Shown here piece after piece: positions 55,683 through 64,000 of a stretch of DNA of 64,000 nt. The first letter of the stretch is position 1. Every line of letters starts with the position of its first letter. A model generated the notes under the pieces. It was not told where the DNA came from, searched no databases, and worked only from the letters and a program-made list of their open reading frames with translations. The translations under genes and the position numbers were made by a program. Source of the DNA: Octopus bimaculoides. Its lineage: Eukaryota. The stretch covers positions 45,895,879 through 45,959,878 of the forward strand of contig NC_068990.1 of the NCBI RefSeq assembly GCF_001194135.2, written 5' to 3'.

Positions 55683-56373
55683 TTAGTGTTAGAACGCTGC
55701 ATGTAGAGGTGCATCGATTGGCTTCGTTTGTTGACAGTAATGAATATAGTTGGGTGGAGTATATACAACACATCTGATCCACCTACGATCTATTCTTTAC
55801 ACAGCTGACCCACATTAAACGTCATTAGTGTGACACATACTACACAAAGGATAAAAAGAAAAAAACCTATATAGAAATGTGAGAAACAGTCCTGCAACCT
55901 AATCTTGACTTCCTCCACAACAACTAAAAGGTTTATTACTTCAATTATTGCTTATTAAGCAATGAACTGGCTATTACAAATTCTTATTTATCCATATTCG
56001 TAACCCATTTATTCACGGACTGATACCACTTAGTATGAAATTGTTTTACGTGCGCGCGCGAACATACAGACATGCATACATTGCGCTTCAAAATGTAAAC
56101 TGCACGATGAATATATAGAACTCCATGTATTATCCAATACGTTTGAAAGGAAACTGAAGAGAACTCGTATGATTATCCGTGAATCATTTGGTTGGAATCC
56201 TCAGTTGAGCATATTACAGAATACACGTCGATAAAAAAAAGCAAAAAACAAGATGCTATATAACTGATAATCATTATTTGTTAATGAATATCTCCGATTC
56301 ATATATATGAGAGAGAGAGAGAGGGGGGAGTGAGAGAGAGAGAGAGGGAGTGAGAGGGGGAGTGAGAGAGAGA

Positions 56374-56418
<45 letters not shown>

Positions 56419-57054
56419 NNNNNNNNNNNNNNNNNNNNNNNNNNNNNNNNNNNNNNNNNNNNNNNNNNNNNNNNNNNNNNNNNNNNNNNNNNNNNNNNNN
56501 NNNNNNNNNNNNNNNNNNNNNNNNNNNNNNNNNNNNNNNNNNNNNNNNNNNNNNNNNNNNNNNNNNNNNNNNNNNNNNNNNNNNNNNNNNNNNNNNNNNN
56601 NNNNNNNNNNNNNNNNNNNNNNNNNNNNNNNNNNNNNNNNNNNNNNNNNNNNNNNNNNNNNNNNNNNNNNNNNNNNNNNNNNNNNNNNNNNNNNNNNNNN
56701 NNNNNNNNNNNNNNNNNNNNNNNNNNNNNNNNNNNNNNNNNNNNNNNNNNNNNNNNNNNNNNNNNNNNNNNNNNNNNNNNNNNNNNNNNNNNNNNNNNNN
56801 NNNNNNNNNNNNNNNNNNNNNNNNNNNNNNNNNNNNNNNNNGATAATCGTATATGGAAATAGAGGAAAAAGTAATAACGCTGATTATAATTATTAAGTTT
56901 CTCTGAGAACATATATATTTTTTTTTCGTAATGTTACCTCGGCTCTATTCATGCAGTATATTACCGGGCCGTTTACATTCCGAGTTCAAATCTCGCTCAG
57001 CTCAATAAGCTAAAATACCAGTTAAGTGCTAGTGTCGGTTTAATCGACTAAACC

Positions 57055-57112
<58 letters not shown>

Positions 57113-60100
57113 CGTGCGTGATTTGGCTTTGTGTCAATATTAAAAATCAATATTAATATATTTTAATCCTTGTTTCTGAAATATTTCGGTTTAAAACTTA
57201 TTGTGAAAGGTAATTTTAGATCCTTTTCATCATCCCTCGTCGGGATTACCCAATATAAGAAAAAAGTTCTATGGAAAACTCGCTTGACCCGAGGTGTAGT
57301 ATGGGAGAGTTTAGGGCGTAATAATCGGTTAGAGTCATTAGAGAATCGGATGAAACCTCTTACACAGTTTTTGCGTTCAAATTTCATTGAGGTTAACTTC
57401 GTCATTCATCTTCCTGGGGTCAATAAATAAAGTATAAAGCGAAAGCAGTGGACCAACAGAATCATTATAGCGTCGGACTGGATGCCTTGCCATATTTGTT
57501 CCGGGTCTTTGCGTTCTGAATTTAAATCCCACTGTGGCCTACATAGGTTACATGAGTGGTAAATTTAAACCCATTATCTAGCCTTGAGTGCCTTTTAGTG
57601 AGGTTTATTTTGGTGAAAATATTCAGGTTCTGTCTTCGGTTTGAGGAAAACGTCCAACCTCCTTCGTTCTCACCAGTATTGGAGGCCCTGTAAAGCTTCT
57701 GGATGTTGCCTGTCTGCCGGACCAAAGAGTAAAAGAATACAATTAAATGTCATAAAGGAACCTCTATATGGTGGTGGTAGTTGCGACCTACTAGAAGAAA
57801 TTGAAGCCAAAATCACCCTTACAATTACTACACTAATCATCTTAAATACAGAAAGAATATATGCGAGATGGTCATGGCTGGAATATCTTCATTCACAGTT
57901 GGCCTGGGACTAAACAGTAGCAGTAACAGCAACAATAATTACATTAAAAGTAGCAACAGACATAATATACCAGATATTTGCCTTAACCCAATCTATATGA
58001 ATGGACTAAAGAAAAATATACTAAATCACACACACACACAAAGTAAAAAATAATGCAAGTCTAGGAAGGAGACTATAAAACAACGAACAAAAGCAACAGT
58101 GTGTCTAAAAATCAAGAAAAAAAAAGCCTAACGAACGTCGTTTAAAAGTGATTAGAATCTAGTTTGTTTAATGTACATCGTAAACGGTGATAGCATTGCA
58201 CCCCACACACAGATCAGTGCGTGTTTCGGTGACAAATATTTAATTTCTTCAACATGCCCAGTTGGCTGTACTAAAACACCTGTTGCACTCATTAATTAGC
58301 ACACGTCTTTCGCCTTCTAATTTGACATGCCAAAGAAAAAACAAACAAAAAGAACAACATGCAGTAATAGGCGTAGGCATGGCTATGAGGCTAAGGAGCT
58401 CGAACCACATGATTTCGGGTTCGGTCCTACTGCGCAGCAACTTGGACAAGTGTCTTCTACATAACTCTGGGCCGATCAATGTGTATGTTGCAAATCAACA
58501 CATACTTCTAACCAGTGAGACAATTCTGGTACACTTACGCTGATTTAATTGGAGGTGAGATTGATTCGGATCTAGACAAGTCATGAGCACAGATATATAC
58601 ACATAGAAAAAGAGAGACAAGACAGACATTACAATTTATTAACTGAACACGATTGACATAAACACACTCTCTCTCCTCATACGCATAGAATCATGCACAC
58701 ACTAATAAGCACAGAGAGGGGAGAGGGAGGAAGGAGAAAACGAGAGAAGCATGGAAATGTCTGATGTCAAATAAACCAGCGTCGAATCATCGACGCTCAA
58801 TAAGTGACGCCAAAACGGTTAAGACAAAACGTCTCATACGCGGCAGAATGATCTAGTGCCGTAATCGACTTTGCTTTTATTTTTTAGGAGTCATTAAAAT
58901 ATAAATCAGTCATGTACTTCAAATTAGTTTCCAAGAAAAAACAAGTTTTGTGCTAAATATACATTTAAAAAAAATCAATATCGTGGTCACAAGATATATA
59001 AAACTTTAAAATATGAGGCAGCTATTTGAAGACATGAAGTTCGTTGAAGGAGAATCATCTGCTACACCGAGCAAGTTATGCTACTTGGTATGAACTGTCC
59101 CCACACAGACTCATTAAAGTTTGAAGACGGTAGAAATTTTGTTTAAAAAGAATCAATCGTCTGCTACATAGAAAGCTATCACTCACATTTGCTTGTGCAA
59201 TAACTAGTTGAAAGCAGTCGGAAATTTGTTGTAAGGAGAATCGTGTCCTATAGACTGAGCAAGTAAAACCATTCCGTAGAAGCCCCCTCGCAAGAGAATT
59301 GTCTCTCCCACACAGCAAATTAGACTACATCCAGAAACTTCTTCTCCTCCAGTGGCCCATGCACTATTTAAAAACGGTGGTTAGCAAAATTCAACTGATT
59401 AATTTATCATATAGAAAAAAATCATACGCTTTGGTCTTGGTAACACAGTTAAAATTCTTGAAGCGAGAACGCCATTGCGATCAGCTGAAAACTGTTATAA
59501 CATTTTGTATTTTGATAGGTTATTTTTTAACCAGTTAACATTGGGTATTAATTTTGATTACTGCTCCATACCGGGTGCATAAAAACAGACCATGCTATTA
59601 TTAAAATCAAGCTATAGGCACACAAATGGCTGTGTGCTTAAGAAGCACCATATGGTTTCAGGTTCAGTCCCAATGCACGGCACCTTAGTGGTCCCTGAAT
59701 GAGCAATGACCAAAGACCAAATATGAACAAGCCCATCGTATACACACACACATCCCACTTAAACCTGTTTCGCTGTCTGTTGTGCTTCTGTTTCTAATCC
59801 TTTAGGATTTCCTTCTGAGCATTATCCACACTTTGGTCTCTGTGCGGCCCCAAGGCTGTTTTCTGTTTATCTATTTCGTCCTTGTCCTCTCGGCCGTTCA
59901 CTATTGGTTCCGTCTTGAATCATGTTTATTCATGTTAGTATGTCCACTTCTATGTTGCATGTCTATCCATTTATTGTTTGTTCGTTCTTGTTATGTTTTG
60001 GTCCCATTTCCTAGCAGTTTTTTTGTTGTTGTTGACGCCATCAGAAGGTATTCAATATTATCGCCAAAGACGCGAAATTGCGTTTGACCTTCTGTGTTTG

Positions 60101-60644
60101 TTTTCCGTTTATGCATTTATTTTTTTTTTTTTAACAGAGAGATGTGTGTAATATAATGTATGTGCATTTGTGCTTGCAGCACCCACTACTTGATAACCAG
60201 TGTTGGCTTGTTTACGTCTCAGAAACTTAGCAATTCGGCTACAGAAGCCTATAGATTAAATACCAGCTTTTAATGAAAAAAAAGGCGTGGGGGCGATTTG
60301 TTCAACTAAACCCGCCAAGGCAATTCCCCAGTATGGCTGCAGTCCAATGACTGAAACAAGTAAAAGATATACCTGAAATAGAGTACATGTAGAAGTATGT
60401 ATACTTTCTTTGCAGTTGTCGGAAAGATTTTATATTAAAATTTGATTTGTCTTTGCATTAATGCAGGTCTTGTATATATGTATTGAGGAAATGTTCAGTT
60501 TGAATGAGTATTGCTTCTTGATATTTATGTATGTCATGTATTGAATTATAGTATGTATTAGTCACTTGACATTTATTATTGAGCAGATGTGAACAAACAG
60601 GTAAATAGGAAGTAATCACACCTTCTATCTAGATTGATCTAAAC

Positions 60645-60769
60645 CAGTGGTTCCCAACCTGTGGTCCGTGAGCATGTTAAGCTGACAGATCTTTCAGTAT
60701 CCTGGGGTCCGTGAGAAAACTCATTTAAATAAAAGGAGTCCTTGGTAGTAAAAAGGTTGGGAACCACTG
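60645..60769. mobile_element. hAT (Charlie-like) MITE (125 bp)
   Basis: Perfect 15-bp TIR cagtggttcccaacc / ggttgggaaccactg. 8-bp TSD atctaaac / atctaagc. Confidence 0.8.
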
Positions 60770-61026
60770 ATCTAAGCAAACAACAAAACTGCTTATTAAG
60801 AACAAACAGTAAAATTATAATAACCCTTTCATATTTTGGCACAAGGCCTGAAATATTTGGGGAAGGGGCTAGTCGATTACATCGACTCCAGTGTCTAACT
60901 GGTACTTTTATCGACCCTGAAAGAACAGAAGACAAAGTCGACCGAAGCAGATTTTGACCTCAGAACGTAAAGACGGGCGAAATGACGCTAAGTATTTTTT
61001 TTTGGAGCAGTAATGATTTTTACCAG

Positions 61027-62407
61027 AACTGTTGACATCAAGACTGAAGGAAAAGTATCTGCTAGAGCATGGTGTTCGTATAACTTATTTTCGGCAGAGA
61101 AATGTGGTTCTACAAACGTGTTTTTCTGTTGAAGGCCCGCTTTGCTTTTGTAGTAACATCGATGGACTTTTCGAATGTTTATCACAAAATCATGATCCTG
61201 TAGAGTGGCGTTTGTTTATTGACTCTTCAAAACGAAGTTTAAAAGCTGTACTTCTCCATAATGGTAATTTGAAGCCTTCCATTCCTATTGCACACTCCGT
61301 TCATCTTCATGAATCATATGATAATACGGAACTTTTACTTCATGCCATTGCCTATGAAAGGTACTCATGGAAAATATGTGGCGATTTAAATGTCATTGGA
61401 ATGTTAATGAGAATGCAGTCAGGTTTCACAAATACTGTTGTTTCTTGTGTTTATGGGATAGTTGGGCAACTGACAGACATTATTCGGAATCAAACTGGCA
61501 GGCAAGAACATCATACCAGCCAGGACTGTATAGCGTCAAGAATACACCTCTTCTAGATTCATGTAACGTCCTATTGCCAAAACTTGGACTGATGAAACAA
61601 TTTGTAAAGACACTAGGGAAGAGAAATGCCAGAGGGTTTGAGTATATTGTAGAAAACTTTCCCCAAATCACACAGGCGAAGTTGAAAGAGGGTATCATTG
61701 TCGGACCTCAAATTAGAGAAGTATTCAGAGATGTCAAACTCAAGACAACACTGGATGAACTGAAATTGCTTGCCTGGAATGCTTTCAGTTGGATCTGTGA
61801 GAATTTCTTGGGCAACAAAAGGCAATGGGCTACAAGGATGGCATCAAGAATCTTCTGAAATGTTACTCAGCAATGAGTTGTCGCATGTCACTGAAAGTTC
61901 ACTTCTTGGACTCCTATCTGGATTTCTTCACAGATCACCTTGGAGCAGTGTCTGATGAACATGGGGAAAGATTTCACCAGGACATTAGTGCTATGGAGAA
62001 ACGGTACCAAGGCTTCTGGAATGACAATATGCTGACTGACTACTGCTGGACAATTTACCGTGATCAACCGGATCAGGGACACCATAGGAAATCCAATTCA
62101 AAACGTTGCTAACTCTGTTGTTCTTTGTATTGTCTGAACCAATTTTTGTGTATTCACTCTTTGTAGAATGATAGTGATTATTTTTAATTCAATAAACTCA
62201 TTTGCTTTCTAAAAATAATATGTCCTTATTTATTACGTTAATGATTTCATATATACAAATATGTAAATATTTGCATGTATCTACTGAAAAAGTCATATGT
62301 GCTGCATACAAATGGAGTGTAGTTTTGAAATCAGCATGAAAAAATAGTCTAAAAAAGTTGGTTTGCATTCATAATGAGTATAATACATTTGATTTTGTTG
62401 ACTAGTG
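61027..62407 (+). mobile_element. 5'-truncated, frameshifted DDE transposase fossil, Chapaev3-like (CMC superfamily)
   Basis: Three overlapping ORFs (61032-61556, 61367-61858, 61825-62112) join into WRLFIDSSKRSLKAVLLHNG...CGDLNV...CCFLCLWDS...KLGLMKQFVK...AVSDEHGERFHQDISAMEKRYQG. The putative right end ...ttgttgactaGTG at 62407 is followed by TTA. The transposase call is firm; the family assignment is from motif recall plus the CAC..GTG terminus and TWA flank. Confidence 0.75.
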
Positions 62408-62408
62408 T

Positions 62409-62455
<47 letters not shown>

Positions 62456-62466
62456 NNNNNNNNNNN

Positions 62467-63314
62467 GAATGCATGGACAGTTTGAAAGGAATACACAAGA
62501 CTTTAAGGATAATACAGCATCGTGGGCATGGCTTGAGCGAGGTGATTTGAAGTGTACCACCGAAAGCCTGATCATTGCTGCGCAAGACCAGGCTCTCGCT
62601 ACCAATTCAGTGAAGTATAACATCTATAAAACTTCTGACACCCAGAAATGCAGACTCTGTGGAAAGAGTGTGGAAAATGTGATCCACTTCGTAAGTGGAT
62701 GTGAGAGCTTTGCAAAAAAAGAATACAATCGCCGCCACGATAAAATGTGTGTGTCTCTTCATTGGCTCTTATGCCGTAAATGCCAATATGAAGTAACAGA
62801 GAACTGGTATGAGCATGTACCAAGTAAAGTTAGGCAGGAGGATGGAAAAGTAACGATACTCTGGGCATATGATTTTCAGACGGATCGTGTAATCGAATAC
62901 GGCCGGATATTGTCATATTGAATAAGAGAGACAAATACTGTCAGATCATTGATGAAGCCATACCAAATGACATGAATGTTGTGAGTAAAGAGGTTGAAAA
63001 GATCACCAAGTACTCCGAATTGAAAGTGGAAATGGCAAGACTGTATGGAATGCGAGAGGGTAATGTAAAAGTGATACCAGTGGTGATCGGAACGTTGAGC
63101 TCAATCCCATTGAAACTAAACTTCAAGACTTTTTAAGGCAACTGGAAATCCCATGCAAGATTGATGTCTTGCAAAAAGCAGCCTTATTCGGCACAGCACA
63201 CATCTTAAAGAAAGTATCATCTGTCTGAGATCTTTGTTGTGACTTGAGAGATGACTAAACACTCCGGCGCATTTTTACTTACACTGTGTTACGAAGGAAT
63301 AATAATAACAATAA
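62467..63314 (+). mobile_element. 3' portion of a non-LTR retrotransposon with restriction-like endonuclease (R4/Dong clade)
   Basis: CCHC knuckle KCRLC...H FVSGC, then RRHD, RPDIVI (via a frameshift near 62897), IIDEAIP, KITKY, VIPVVIG, and LQKAALFGTAHIL ending at TGA 63226-63228. Short 3' UTR with an (AAT)n tail. (TAA)n lies upstream across a 10-N gap. Confidence 0.85.
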
Positions 63315-63700
63315 AACTTTCTACTATAGGCACAAGGCCTGAAATTTCGAGGGAGGGGGTAAGTCGATTGCATCAACTCTAGTGCTCAATTGGTACTTAT
63401 TCTATCGATCTCGAAACGATGAAAGGCAAAGTCAACTGTGACTACATCAAAAACAACAACGACTATAATTATCCTCTGATGCACTCATTGCATAATGTAT
63501 TCATTGATTCCCTTTGTCTTAAAAAAGGGGATGGTCATGACTGGAATGCACTTTGTCAGATGTCTACTTCATTAGAGCTGACCCGAGCGTTAAACAATAT
63601 ATAATGCGATACACAATGAAATTTTAATCAAGGCTAGCGTTAGTTGATGTCATTAGAGAGATATTTCATTTCGATTTATTCTTTCGTCATCACCATCATA

Positions 63701-64000
63701 TCTATATATATAAAAATAAGAATGTGTGTCTGTCTGTCTGTCTGTCTGTCTGTGTGAATCCCTAAAACTCGAGAACTACGCAACCAATTTCATTCAAATT
63801 TTACAGATGCCTTACTTAGGGTTCCAGTTGTGTTTTAGTCAAAAAATTTTTTTTTAACTTCTTGCAGAGTTCGAGCCCACGGCAACATAATACCTCCTCC
63901 ACTATTTAAGTATTACGTGTCAAAAGTGAAACAAAAACACTCATGTCAAATACTTTCACTTTAAAAATGAAACTATTCCACTAACTGAAACAATCGCATT
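63701..64000 (+). mobile_element. Second copy of the same Helitron 5' end, running off the window
   Basis: A|TCTATATATATAAAAAT start. Near-identical to 879-1180 apart from a few substitutions and (TGTC)n and poly-A/T length differences. Confidence 0.85.

Noticed and set aside
58779-58798. 8-bp perfect hairpin agcgtcga-atca-tcgacgct
   Set aside because: Short enough to occur by chance; no Helitron CTRR end or terminator context.

Overview
AT-rich, microsatellite-dense metazoan genomic DNA with many assembly gaps (N runs). The repeat families look to me like Octopus (coleoid cephalopod); that is recall, not a database search. Only one host exon is recognisable: a 108-nt phase-0/0 exon on the minus strand (13668-13775) encoding kinase subdomains I-II of a PLK2/3-type polo-like kinase. 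Its neighbouring exons are not visible and must lie in gaps or outside the window. The rest is intronic or intergenic DNA full of transposon relics: a Helitron with both termini and a helicase C-terminal remnant, plus a second 5' copy; Chapaev3-like, Merlin and pogo transposase fossils; an R4/Dong-type element in a TAA microsatellite; RTE and CR1 LINE fragments; hAT, piggyBac-like and Tc1/pogo-like MITEs; and three abundant tRNA-derived SINE families. Two non-obvious structures stand out. First, a shift from CpG-decayed to CpG-retaining DNA at about 39-42 kb, visible in matched copies of the same repeats, which probably marks the 5' edge of a methylated gene body. Second, a near-perfect nested foldback at 26663-26873. 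There are no CRISPR arrays, rRNA or tRNA genes, or prokaryotic features. I found no evidence for a new multi-gene system.
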